The notes: generated by a model from the letters alone, not told the origin. Numbered from the stretch's first letter, positions 12,816-24,280 are shown. The stretch is 64,000 bases of DNA from Camelus ferus (GCF_009834535.1 NC_045697.1:85004001-85068000), one strand, 5' to 3'. A program made the numbers and translations.

Positions 12816-14754
12816 ATGTATGTATGTGTGTGCACATATGTGTGTATATTTATTCATACACACACACACATATATATATATGGAAATAGAAATAGAGGAA
12901 TTATAAGCCTAGAGATTTTTTAAGCCTGGACAATTATGACATGTCTATGGCACATATTAAATTAAACTTTTATATTCTCATGTCAGATAACAGAGCATAA
13001 TGTACAGCCTTAAATTATTTTCTAATTAACAGAAATAGCAAAGTTTTAGATTTTTTTCTAAAAACAGAGCATCATTTAAATATTAATAAATAAAATTTTA
13101 TATATTAAAATTTTTATTAATATTAATAAAATTTATTTTTTATTTCTGAAAAATGATTATATCAAACTAACTGCAAGTAGTTTAGGTTGTTCTGAAAATC
13201 CTAGTTTTAACCTCAAGCAGGTGCTATATCTATATTCTCTGTTGGAACTCACTGAAGGATTAAGAAAAGTGTTTTCCCTTGCCTTTGTCTAAAGGGTTGT
13301 TGTCTTGTATTTAACTGCACATATAGCTTTGTCAGTGGCAATTTCCCAGTCCGATGTTCTATATTTTCACATATGGAACCTGTCCTAAGATATGTGTGTT
13401 TCATTCCAAATACACTATATATTTTAATCTACAAAATAAAGCAGTGCCTGTGCTAAACACTTCTCAAATTTTATAACTTTGGAAAAAAACATAAATGCTT
13501 TCCCATTTATAATCTGGCTTTCAGTTTTTTTTACTCCATTTGCTGAGATCAGTGCCAATCTCTTAAAAATAATTTTATTCATTTTTTAACTTAATGGACC
13601 AGAAGCTTATAAAATAAAATGTCTATGCTCACCTCTTTTTAAAAATAAAAGCATATTCCACTTAATCCCTTCAAAATCTGCATTTCCCGCACTTCATCCT
13701 CTCCCAATACTCTTTTACACATATTCAATACATGAAAGATTTTGCAGAGGGAAGAAAGGAAAATATTTTAAAAGCCTTGAATAAGTGAATTTCCAGAGTC
13801 TTAAGGGAATCTGCCTCTCAGCCTTTACTTTGGCTATTTTTCCATTAAAAATTACTGTAGAATGTTTGATGAGCTGAAAGAAACAGAATGATTGTTTTAC
13901 CTTAGCTTATTTAACTCTGTAAGGTGATTGGTTATTTCTTTGGCATTATACTTTCCAGATTAGAAAAAAATTGTACAAATATTAAGATATTGAAGATGTA
14001 AAGACTTTATATAATTGAACTTAAACTTCAAATCCAAAATATGTATTAATATATATAGAAGCGTATAAAATGATTTATCATGTGAGTGAAATCATGTTGT
14101 TAATCCCTCTTTTCCAAGCCTACAGAATATGACTTGGGATTCCTTATTGAATAAGGAAAATCTCTTATTGTTAATAAAATGCATCTTCACAGTGTAAGTA
14201 ATATAATAAAAAAGCATCCCTTGCCAAAATGAATTGATTCCAATGATAACTCTGAAGGGAGTAAGAAAAGAAAATGTATGTTTTGAAATGTATAAGTTTT
14301 CATTTTAATCATTCAGCACCACCTGATTGAAGTGAATAAGGACAGGAAAAAATAATTTACTGTCATGTCAAAGAAATATGTCTTTAGTGCAAAAGAAGAA
14401 ATATGGCTGACATGTTAAGAGTAGTTATTATGAAAAACAATATTGGTCAAATTGCAGTTTGTACATAATTCAGCCAACTTCCTTCTTTCATCATAAGATT
14501 TACATTCTTTAAAATTGCAGCTTTACAGAATGATGGAGTCTTTTCATTATTCATCTTTGCCACTGTCTCAGAATTAAAAGGCTTGTTGGTGACAAAAAGC
14601 CAACTAATCATATTTATGGTGACAACCATGACTGTTATAAAACAGACATTCTTAGAAAGCATGCCCTTTGCTTTACATTAAAACCTGTTGAACGTGCTCT
14701 TCCATCCCCTGAGGATTGGAGGATAGATTATTGTTCCTTCAGGAGAGGCATAAA

Positions 14755-14803
14755 GAATTAGTACAAATTGAATAGTACAAATTGAATTAGTACAAATTGA
14801 ATA
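14755..14803. repeat. Tandem repeat, ~3.3 x GAAT(T)AGTACAAATT
   Basis: Read directly: GAATTAGTACAAATT GAATAGTACAAATT GAATTAGTACAAATT GAATA. Confidence 0.9.
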
Positions 14804-15204
14804 CCATTGTTGATGGTAGAAATAGACGAAAGTCATAATTCTGTTTTCTGTTTGTTTTGCCAGTTATTCTTTTTGTTGCCTAGTTCATCATTTGAAAAAT
14901 ATGGATATAATTCACTCTCTAGTCATTCAGTCACATTCTAAAGTTCTGAATTGTTCCCTATGTACTTAGTAGAACAGGAAATTCAAATGAAAACAAAATC
15001 TGGACAAATGCTGAGTTAATTCATTAACTAATGTTTGAAACTAATAATTGTCAAGCAGTAGGAACTTAAATGCTATCGTCCGAATCACATTCATCAAAAC
15101 CTTCAGAGGTCCACATGGCATGATGCAATTGACAATGTTTTTAAGGGAAGTTTAGTTGTTCAAGCTTTAAAGATAGTTTTCTTTTTATTTTATATAGTCA
15201 GATT

Positions 15205-15800
15205 TAGAAATAGGTGTGAGAGATTAAGAGGTACCAACTTTCAGTTACAAAATAAATCATGAGTATGAGATGTACACTGAGGGGAATATAGTCAATAATT
15301 ATGTAATATATTTGTATGGAATAGATGGTAACTAGACTTAGTATGGTGATCATTTTGAAATGTATAGAAATATCGAATCACTGTTTTGTTTACCAGGAAC
15401 TAATATAGTGTTGTAGTCAATTATACTTCAAAAACAAGAAAACAAATAAACAAACTCATTGAAAAAGAGATTAGATTTGTAGGTACCAGAGGCAGAGGAT
15501 GGGAGGAGGGGGAATTGGATAAAGGTAGTCAAAAGATACAAACTTCCAATTATATGATAAGTACTAGGGATGCAATGTTCAGTATGATAAATATAATTAA
15601 CACTACTAAATGTAATATGTGAAAGTTGTCAAGAGAGTAAACCCTAAGCGTTCTCATCACAAGAAAAAATTTTTTCTTTTTCTTTCATTTTTTATCCAAA
15701 TGAGATTATGTATGTGAGGCAAATCATTGTGCTGTACACCTTAAACCTACATAGTTCTGTATGCCAATTATATCTCACTAAAACTAGGAGAAAAAAAGAA
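15205..15800 (+). mobile_element. L1 3'UTR fragment (L1MA-like)
   Basis: GATTAAGAGGTACCAACTTTCAGTTACAAAATAAATCATG...GCTGTACACCTTAAACC...TATATCTCACTAAAACTAGGAGAAAAAAA. Confidence 0.85.
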
Positions 15801-15927
15801 ATAAGTTTTATCAGTTGTACAATTCTTTTTTTCAAATAAGATTTCTACTCAGTGAAGTTTAAGTAAATCTTTTAAACTATAGTCATTGCCATTTAGAAAT
15901 TAAAAGACCTTTAATATTTATTTAGTG

Positions 15928-16086
15928 TGAGGACTCTTCACGTCTTTCATGCCCTCATCCTTTGGTGTGGTATGAAGAAGCCTACAGCTCAAACACCACA
16001 AAATACAATTCAGAGGCTTATGAAGAAAACTGATTGTACTAAAATGTCTATTAAAATATGTTTAAAAATAAATTTGTGGCATAGTA
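15928..16086. mobile_element. hAT-Charlie (Charlie4-like) DNA transposon, left part, split by L1 insertion
   Basis: CCTTTGGTGTGGTATGAAGAAGCCTAC...AAAAATAAATTTGTGGCATAGTA continues after the L1 as CTATATTAGC...ACAAGATCTAG, following the remembered Charlie4 consensus. Confidence 0.55.
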
Positions 16087-17426
16087 GGGGGAGAGAAGCA
16101 AGATGGTGGAGTAGAAGGACACTTCTAGCTCACCCTCTTCCACAAATACAACAAAACTCACATCTACGGACCTACTCAGCCAACCAAAGCACCTGCTGAA
16201 CTCCAACAGAACATCGCCCTCTTCAAAACACAAAGACACCAAAAATCTGGTAGGAGAAAAGGAAAAAAGAAAGAAGAAAAGGCAAAACAGTGTGGGACCG
16301 ATCCTGCAGGGAGGGAGTGGCAAAGGAGGACTGGAGCTCGTTTGCTGGGTCTCCCTCCTCCAACGGAGAGGCCAGCAGGACAAAGGGGGAGCCTCCAAGG
16401 CTCAGATCTGCCCCAAGCACCCTTTGACCAACAGAACTGAGTTAAATGGGCACAAAGGGTCCTCGTGACACCCAGCCCAAGACGCGAGCTGGCAACTGGG
16501 GGCCGAGAAAGGCCGCCTGAGCCAGGTGGAGGACTGGGGCGGCTGCAGTGGGGCAGCCCTGGGGGACTGCAGGGAGCTGCGCACCATGGCTGGGAGGGGA
16601 TACGGAGCAGAACAACCTCAGTCCCCGATAAACTGTGAAAATAAAAGCAACATGGCTGGTGTGCCCTGGGGGGAGGGGCACCATACCCTTTGTCTCCCCA
16701 GACCTGTGCCACCATTACTGGTGCTTCTCCCGAGAAGAGAGGCGGGGCGCAGCCACAGCTGCCATCTCCTCCTGGGTGCAGCGCCCGGGCAGGGGTGGGG
16801 CCCAGCCTTGAATTCTCACTCGAGGGCTCCGCAACCTCCTGGACAGGACTGAGACTTGTTTAAAGCCCAAGGCAGATAGGATCTTTCTGCCCTGGCACCT
16901 CAGAGAGCTTGCAACACCGAGACAAACAAGGAGCTGAGATTTGGCATGGAGCAGGGGCGGGGCCGTTCCACGATCTTCCCCGAGCCCGCCTTCGGAGCGC
17001 TGACCTGAGGTGGAGGGGGCAGCTGCACAGAGCAGCAGAGCGACCGGTGCTGGGAGAGGGCAGGCGGCCACTCGCCTTCCTGGCAGGAATGCAGCACCTG
17101 ACCACGGTGCTAGGAGGGGGTGCAATCTGCCCACCTGCCTCCCCCAAGTGCAGCATCTGACTGCAGCATCGAGAGGGGGAGTGACCCACCTGCCAACCAG
17201 ATAAGAGCTCAGCTCCTGACCTAGTGTTAGGAGGGGGCGTGATCTGCTAGCCAACAGCCACTGGGAGCAGCACAGACAAGAGCGCCAACAGAGGGCCTCT
17301 GGAAACAGCAAACTGAGTTTGCGAAACGGAGAAGACGCAAAGACCTCTTGATAAAATCATTAAGAGCACACCGTCTCCAGGAGAACTAGATAACTGATAC
17401 TCCTTAAGCCACAGTGCCAGAGAGAT
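16087..17426 (+). promoter_or_regulatory. L1 5'UTR internal Pol II promoter (GC/CpG-rich)
   Basis: The only long GC/CpG-rich block in the window; YY1-site-like AAGATGG(T)GG at the 5' end, probably CpG-decayed from AAGATGGCGG. Confidence 0.8.
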
Positions 17427-18305
17427 ATGAGCAAGATGAAGAAGCAGAGGAACCACTCCCAATTAAAAGATCGAAAGAAATCTCCTGAAAGCACGAGCAA
17501 GGAAATAGACATTGATGGCCTACTAGATCAAGATTTCAAAAAAGGAGTAATCAAAGTACTGAAGGAACTAAAAGAAATAGTGTTTAGAGATATAAAATAT
17601 GTCAAAAATGAAATAGAAGCTATAAAGAAGAACCAAGTAGAATTAGTAAACTCATTTGCTGAGATGAGACCTGACCTAAAGGCTGTACAAAGCAGGCTAG
17701 ATAATGCAGAGGAACGCAAAAGTGACCTAGAAGACAGGACAACAGAAAGCACCCAATCAGAACAGCTGAGAGAAAAAACAAATAAAAAACAATGAAAACA
17801 ATATAAGGGACCTATGGGATAATACAAAGCGTGCCAATTTACGCATAACAGGGGTTCCAGAAGGGGAAGAAAGAACAAAGGGGATTGAAAAGTATTTGAA
17901 GAAGTCATGACTGAAAACTTTCCAAACCTAAAGAAGGAATCAGATATCCAAAAACAGGAAGAACCCAAACAGACCCACACCAAGACATATCATAATCAAA
18001 ATGGCCAGAGTCAAGGATAAAGAAAGGATCCTAAAGGCAGCAAGAGAAAAACAAAGAGTGAGTTACAAGGGAACCCCCATAAGGCTCTCAGCTGACTTCT
18101 CTACACAAACACTACAGGCCAGAAGGGAGTGGCAAGATATATTCAAAGTCCTGAATGAAAAAAAGATGCAGCCTATGATACTCTATCCAGCAAGGCTATC
18201 CTTTAGAATAGAAGGAGAGATAAAGAACTTCACAGACAAGCAAAACTAAAAGAGTTTAGCAACACTAAACCCATGCTAAAAGAAATATTGACAGATCTAC
18301 TCTAA
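17427..18305 (+). pseudogene. L1 ORF1p (coiled coil, RRM, CTD), frameshifted
   Basis: MSKMKKQRNHSQLK...RLDNAEERKSDLEDR; NENNIRDLWDNTKRANLRITGVPEGEE; KERILKAAREKQRVSYKGTPIRLSADFS...ARREW...LYPARLSF; frameshifts near 17775, 17892 and 18245, and a short deletion near 17960; stop TAA at 18303-18305. Confidence 0.93.
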
Positions 18306-18445
18306 ATAGAAAAGCAGGATGCTACAAAAATGAGAAACTCATAACTGGAAAGGAAATGACTGCCATGAATTACAAAAAGAATAAACATAAAATTGTTAAA
18401 GAAGACATCTAAATCATTAAGAGTGGGAGAGGGAAGCAAGGAAAA

Positions 18446-18811
18446 CCACTGTGGAAAACCATATGGAGATTCCTCAAAAGACTAGGAATAGACTTACCAT
18501 ATGACCCAGGAATCCCGCTCCTGGGCATATATCCAGAAGGAACCCTACTTCAGGATGACACCTGCACCCCAGTGTTCACAGCAGCACTATTTACAATAGC
18601 CAGGACATGGAAACAGCCTAAATGTTCATCAACAGATGACTGGATAAAGAAGATGTGGTATATTTATACAATGGAATACTATTCAGCCATAAAAACCAAC
18701 AACATAACACCATTTGCAGGAGCATGGATGTTCCTGGAGAATGTCATTCTAAGTGAAGTAAGCCAGAAAGAGAAAGAAAAATACCGTATGAGGAATCTAA
18801 AAAAAACATAA
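18446..18811 (+). pseudogene. L1 ORF2p extreme C-terminal remnant (downstream of CCHC)
   Basis: Open frame [30 protein letters not shown]...WKQPKCSSTDDWIKKMWYIYTMEYYSAIK; no upstream ATG (in-frame TAA at 18410). Confidence 0.92.
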
Positions 18812-19112
18812 ATACAAAACAGAAACAGACTCATAGACAGAATACAAACTTGTGGTTGCCAAGGGGGCAGGGAGTGGGAAGGGATAGACTGGGATTTTAA
18901 AATACAGAATAGATAAACAAGATTATACTGTATAGCACAGGGAAATATATACAAGATCTTGTGGTAGCTCATAGCGAAAAAAAAATGTGACAATGAACAT
19001 ATATATGTTCACGTATAACTGAAAAATTGTGTTCTACACTAGAATTTGACACAACATTGTAAAATGACTATTACTCAATAAAACATGTAAAAACAAAATT
19101 TGTGGCATAGTA

Positions 19113-19460
19113 CTATATTAGCTTATTTATTATTTATAGTAAATGACAAGATCTAGCAACAGATCTAATGGTTGTAATGAATTCAAAGTTGAAATGAAGA
19201 AAACTATATTTCAGTATAGCTACAACAACTATGTTATGATATGGAAATATCTGTGATTGCTATAGGTAACACAGTTGTAGATAGTGCTGCTACTAATGTA
19301 TTTTTGTTGCCTGCATCCATAATTGAGGGAATGTTAAATTTCATTTAAGTAGTAGTGAAAACGAAAATGTAATGTTTTCCTGCCCAAGTCCACAGACTCT
19401 CTAAAATTTATTCATGGGCTCGTTGGGGGGTCCTTGGCCCTCAGGTGAAGAATTGTTGTT
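19113..19460. mobile_element. hAT-Charlie (Charlie4-like) DNA transposon, right part
   Basis: TGTTGCCTGCATCCATAATTGAGGGAATGTTAAATTTCA...CCCAAGTCCACAGAC...CAGGTGAAGAATTG (TIR-like end). Confidence 0.65.
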
Positions 19461-19469
19461 CTGTATAAT

Positions 19470-19570
19470 CTTTCCATTATCCTTATGAGGAAACTGAGGC
19501 CCTTCAGGGATTTGCCACAATTCATACAACTAGGTAGTGAGAGAAAGGCTAGAACCCTCCATCTTCAGAT
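19470..19570 (-). mobile_element. MIR SINE fragment
   Basis: MIR core reverse complement ATGAGGAAACTGAGGC. Confidence 0.65.
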
Positions 19571-20509
19571 GGCTTTTCCTGCATTCCTTGCAGAACATCA
19601 GGAGGTGTTCACATCAACCTCAGCATGAAGTTGCAGAGTTTTATTTAATTCTGTTTTAAACCATATGTTAAAAATACTGATTTATAAAAGCAAACCATTT
19701 TACAAATGGTTCCCGGGGACTCCAGGAAAAGAAAATTTAGCACAATCACTTTCTTCCTTAGCACTCATAGTGGGAAATCGAATGAGCTGCTTAGGTTCAC
19801 AGGGAAGACTAGCAACACAGGTCCTTTCTAGAACTAAACATTCCTGTTTCTGTTTTTTGTGGCTCGTGATTCTTTCTGCATAGATCACTGTATCCATTTT
19901 TGCAATAATGAGGATTGTAGAATGGCCAGGACATTCATCCCTTTCTTTCAGGGAAATGGATTGCCATCAAGAGCTATGATTCAGTATACTTTGGCTTAAT
20001 GAGATTCCCAACTGTAAGCAGATGAACATATATTCCCTGTAGAAGCTGCAGGAACTAAGACTGTGAAATCTAGAGAGTATATGTAACTTATCAGATGCCA
20101 GGTTTGCCAATGCATTCAGACCCCATGTTGATTAGTGAAGAAAAAATAGATGTTCTTAGTTTTTAAATTTCTGGATTAAATTTGCAATTTATAACCATTG
20201 CTAACAGAAGAGTCTTCAGAAACTAAAGCTAAATTGATGGGATAATTTTAAAAGTTAAGGAATGCAATACAGGGAACTAGCAAGACTGAAAGATGCTGCC
20301 ATGACATATCCATCAAAAAAGATTTGATTGAGTTTTCAGAAAGCTGCATAAAGATAGAAAGCGAGTAGAATGTGTTGTATTTCTGATTGGTTTGCCCAAA
20401 TTATACTTCTGTAGACACAGGGACTAGATCACTTCTGTATAGTTGTATTATCTATCATATCTGGCTGAGTGGAATTCTGTTTGCAGCAAATGCTTGGTGA
20501 AATGGGAAA

Positions 20510-20900
20510 CCTCAGAATTCTGAGCTGAAAGAGACCTCAGAAATCATCTAATCCAACCTCCTCCTTTATAGAAGGTGAAAAATCCCTCTAATTTAGTGTA
20601 CCCTTTGCTCAGAATATTTTAAACATATTTTATCAAGTTTAAATTATTAGGCAACTGAGAAAGATTTCTCACCATATACTAGAAAAAGCATCTGCCAATT
20701 TCAGAGATGCCATTGAAATTAACATTCTTGGTGCTATATTAACTTTTAGAACAATTTTTTGAATTGGGTAATATTACTTTCATTTTCAGACAAGGAAATG
20801 AATGTGTGGGAAGGCTGATTAACTAACCAAAGGTTAAAAAAGGTAGCAATTGGCAGAGCCAGGATTCAGACCAACTCTGTGCACCTTGAAACCCCATTAT
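20510..20900 (-). mobile_element. MIR/MIR3 fragments (~20510-20580 and ~20770-20900)
   Basis: GAGACCTCAGAAATCATCTAATCCAACCTCCTCCTTTATAGA; GGCAGAGCCAGGATTCAGACC. Confidence 0.6.
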
Positions 20901-22159
20901 CTTGAAAGGAAGAGAGGAGGTGGAGAGAAAAAGTAAAGACAGAGGATGTAAAATCAGTAAACACAGTAAAACCAGAAAATAGGATGAAGGAATGACTATG
21001 AATAAAGGCTCATTTCTCTCATTAGGCAGCTCTAATAAGTTGCATTAGCTTTTTATATTCCACACAGAAAGGATTTAATGTAGGTATGTATACATTTGAC
21101 TCACCATCTCTGCAGTCCCCAGGAGGAGGAAACTAGTGCCTCCTGGGAAGTGGGAGAAACCGGGGAGAGAAGACTAAAGGTCTAGAGGTGGATCTCACCA
21201 TAATTTCTTTAGTGATTCAGAGGTCAATCTTACCCTTCTTGTTTTTGTTCCATATATGGATTCCTTTACCTGTATAATGTAATATTTAATGTTAGGCTAT
21301 ACTTCAAAGACTTATTTGGTAAGATGCTAAACTAGAAGAGTTTTAATAGGCCTCTAATAGAAAGTTACACAATAGAAATTCTTAGGACTTACTATATCAG
21401 ATGTGTAAAAATAAGTTTAAAATTATTTAAAATTTACAAACAGGTTTTGATATTAAATGAAATTCTGTGGTTACTAATCTGGTTCAAATTACCTTTGAGT
21501 AAGCAGCTGATTTAAAAAATAATTCACCAAGCAACATCTTCATTCCCAAACTATACCTAGAACTACTCACAATCAACTCTGCCTGACTCACTCTTCGTTG
21601 ATACACACTTTTTATTTGAGTTGGAAACATGTTGATGACTAACAGCATTGTTTGTGTTAAGACCAATTCACTTTTTCACTTGGGAGGCTGCATTAGAGGA
21701 GAAGAAGGAATAATGTCTGTCCTCTACTTGGGAAGAACATATTTTCAATTCCTCTAAATTTCCTGTTTTAGAACTTCATTAATCAATATGAACTACATGA
21801 GAAATTCATGCTCAAGTAAGGCAAGTGCCAAGATCTTAAAATACGTTCTGTGGGTCATGGCCAAAAATGTAATCTTGGTCAAGACTTAGATATCAACACA
21901 CTAGATGATAGGTCAGTTGCCAAATCATAAAATACAGCAAACTTTAAAGAGAGAATATTTTGACTATTTCTGTGATGGTCCAGATATGATTGATGGAGAC
22001 ACTCAGTCCAAATGAATGGCTGATTAACTGTAATACTGTTTTAATGAAATTATGAGACCTTTGAAGTTTAGAGTCACTACAATTCTTTGTCAGGCCAGTA
22101 AGACAAAAGTTTAATGTTTGGATTTCTCACTTACTCACTGTTGGTTGCCTATACTACAG

Positions 22160-22710
22160 AGTTCCAAACTATCTTCTTTGCTTATGGAATCTAGGTTTTA
22201 GTCATGAATGTAGGGGTCATATATTTCAGGAGAAATTGGACACCTCCATAACTCTAGGCTGAAAATCATGGTTAGTTTTAGTCAGTCATAGTAATCTCTT
22301 TCCCCTTGCCCATGATCACTTTAGTTTCAGCATGTGATTCATATCTAGCCAACGAACTTTAAAGGGGACTCTATTATTGCCTATCATTTAGGACAGGAAA
22401 GAAAACAGTACTATATATTATATTGAAGAAAACTACTTGCTCACTCTTGAATCCATTCTGTGAGGTGCTTGACATCAGGCTAGATATCTTGTCACCATGA
22501 AGGACAAATATGAAGTCAAAAGTCAAGATACTGAGGATATAAGAGCTAAAATATGACCCTTGGTCAACTATTTATGTACTAAATTTAATACTTTGAAATA
22601 GCCCAACTCCTAATTCTTTGATATGTGAAATAAATGGGTATTATTAATGTCAACCTTAAGAATTAATATAGTTAATATCATTGCAACTACAAACATTCTG
22701 ACTAAAGCAT
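22160..22710 (+). mobile_element. Old MaLR LTR (MLT1J/K-like)
   Basis: CATGTGATTCATATCTAGCCAA, ATCTTGTCACCATGAAGG and the 3' end TTGCAACTACAAACATTCTGACTAAAGCA. Confidence 0.55.
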
Positions 22711-22919
22711 TCACCTCGCAGTAGTCTTGGGCTCCCAAGAGTTGTACTGGAAGAAGTTCTCTAGTTATCATCACATTTTTTATTTCTGACTTGAGTTTCT
22801 GTCCCAGAATTCATTCTTTCCTACTTGTGCTTGACCTACTACTAGACTAAAACATAGAAGTCCATTTCATTGCTCTTCATGGATTATTTCTTTCTACAGT
22901 CTTCAAGCATAGATAATAT

Positions 22920-23240
22920 GATTAATTCATTCGTAAAATTATTTATTGAGTACACACTCATGATAAGCCTTGAATGGGTAAGGTGATGGAGATAGAAACT
23001 GAATATGATGCAACCTCCTTCCTGAACGACTCACATTCTAGTGCAGAGACAAATGGGTAGTCCATATGAACAATATGTCATAGACAGATACACCAGGTTG
23101 TTCAGGTTGTTCGTGAGTGCTATGTATATAGGCAATAGGAACTTCAGAGTGGGTGGGTGTGGGGAGTTCAGGAAAAGCCTTCTGGCTAACACCAACCAGG
23201 GCCAGAAGCCCACAAAAGTACATCAAGCCAAGCATTAAGC
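22920..23240 (-). mobile_element. LINE-2 3' end
   Basis: ATTCATTCGTAAAATTATTTATTGAGTAC...CTCACATTCTAGTG is a reversed L2 tail. Confidence 0.65.
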
Positions 23241-23599
23241 CCCCTCTTTGTTCTCTGCCTCATCCCTAAATTTCTCCAGGATCACATGTGTTTGCAAACT
23301 AAAGTCACCGATTAACTACAGCACAAACCACTTTTGCTCAAACTTGAAAAGAGACATTTGGAAGAATAAAACTGGAGGAGGGTAAAAATCTTTTTACCAA
23401 AAAAGACTCTCCAGGACTCTTCCACAAACACACTGCATCATATTTTTGTGCTTTTTCCTTTGTCTTTTCTCCTTAGCTTTTTTCAATGTGTGGTCTTTAT
23501 ATATACTAGGAGATTCCCTGAGGGGTATGGAGTGGAAGGTCAAACCAGCATTGTGGCATGCTTTGCCAAGAGTCGCCATGGTCTTCCATCTGCCTTTAG

Positions 23600-23740
23600 A
23601 ACCATTATCTTTGAGATCAGTTACGCTATCCCTTTTATTTTGCAGATAAGGAAGATAAGGCCAAAAAACATTAACTTCCCCATACTCACATAATGGGTAA
23701 GAGGCAATTGGTGTCAAGCCTACTGGTTTTTCCACTATGT
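23600..23740 (-). mobile_element. MIR fragment
   Basis: ATTTTGCAGATAAGGAAGATAAGGCC...AACTTCCCCATACTCACA. Confidence 0.6.
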
Positions 23741-24069
23741 CATTTTATTACTTAACTACTATTTTTCTGAAAATAGGACATCTGTGACTCCACTTGAAAT
23801 ACTGAGCAATAATCATTGGATAATTGTTCATTATTTAACCAAGTTTAAGACAACATTCATATAAAACTCTGTCATATAGACTGTAACATCTCAGTAGCTG
23901 AACAGCACCTCTCTTGAACAAGCTAAAATACATCATCCAGTTAAGGTTCTACATTAAAAGAAGAGATAGTCCTTCCACTCACCTCCCACAGTATCTTATC
24001 CACATTTTCCTTTTTTTTTTTTTTTTTTAACTCCACTACATCAATTTTGACAAAGAGATAAAGACTATA

Positions 24070-24280
24070 GAAACTGACTGGTTATAAGCTGGTTCTAAAG
24101 CTCACCAATCAAGTGCTATTGGACAAGTAATTCAAGCCTTAGTTTCCTCATCTGTGAGATGCAAATTATAATTTTTCCTTAAAAGTAATCCCCTTTATGA
24201 GGACTAAATGAGATAACGTATGTAGTGCTTAATACAGCACGCTCACAAAGAATTAACTAAAAGAAGATAGATGTTATCTT
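24070..24280 (+). mobile_element. MIR
   Basis: GGACAAGTAATTCAAGCCTTAGTTTCCTCATCTGTGAGATG...GAGGACTAAATGAGATAAC. Confidence 0.75.

Larger units (their letters stand above)
16087..19095 (+). mobile_element. Young LINE-1 with complete 5'UTR, ORF1 and 3' end, but deletion of almost all of ORF2 (HAL1-like structure)
   Basis: Starts GGGGGAGAGAAGCAAGATGG; 17-bp TSD AAATTTGTGGCATAGTA at 16070-16086 and 19096-19112; ORF1 at 17427-18305; jump at 18445/18446 into ORF2 PLWKT; AATAAA near 19077. Confidence 0.95.
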
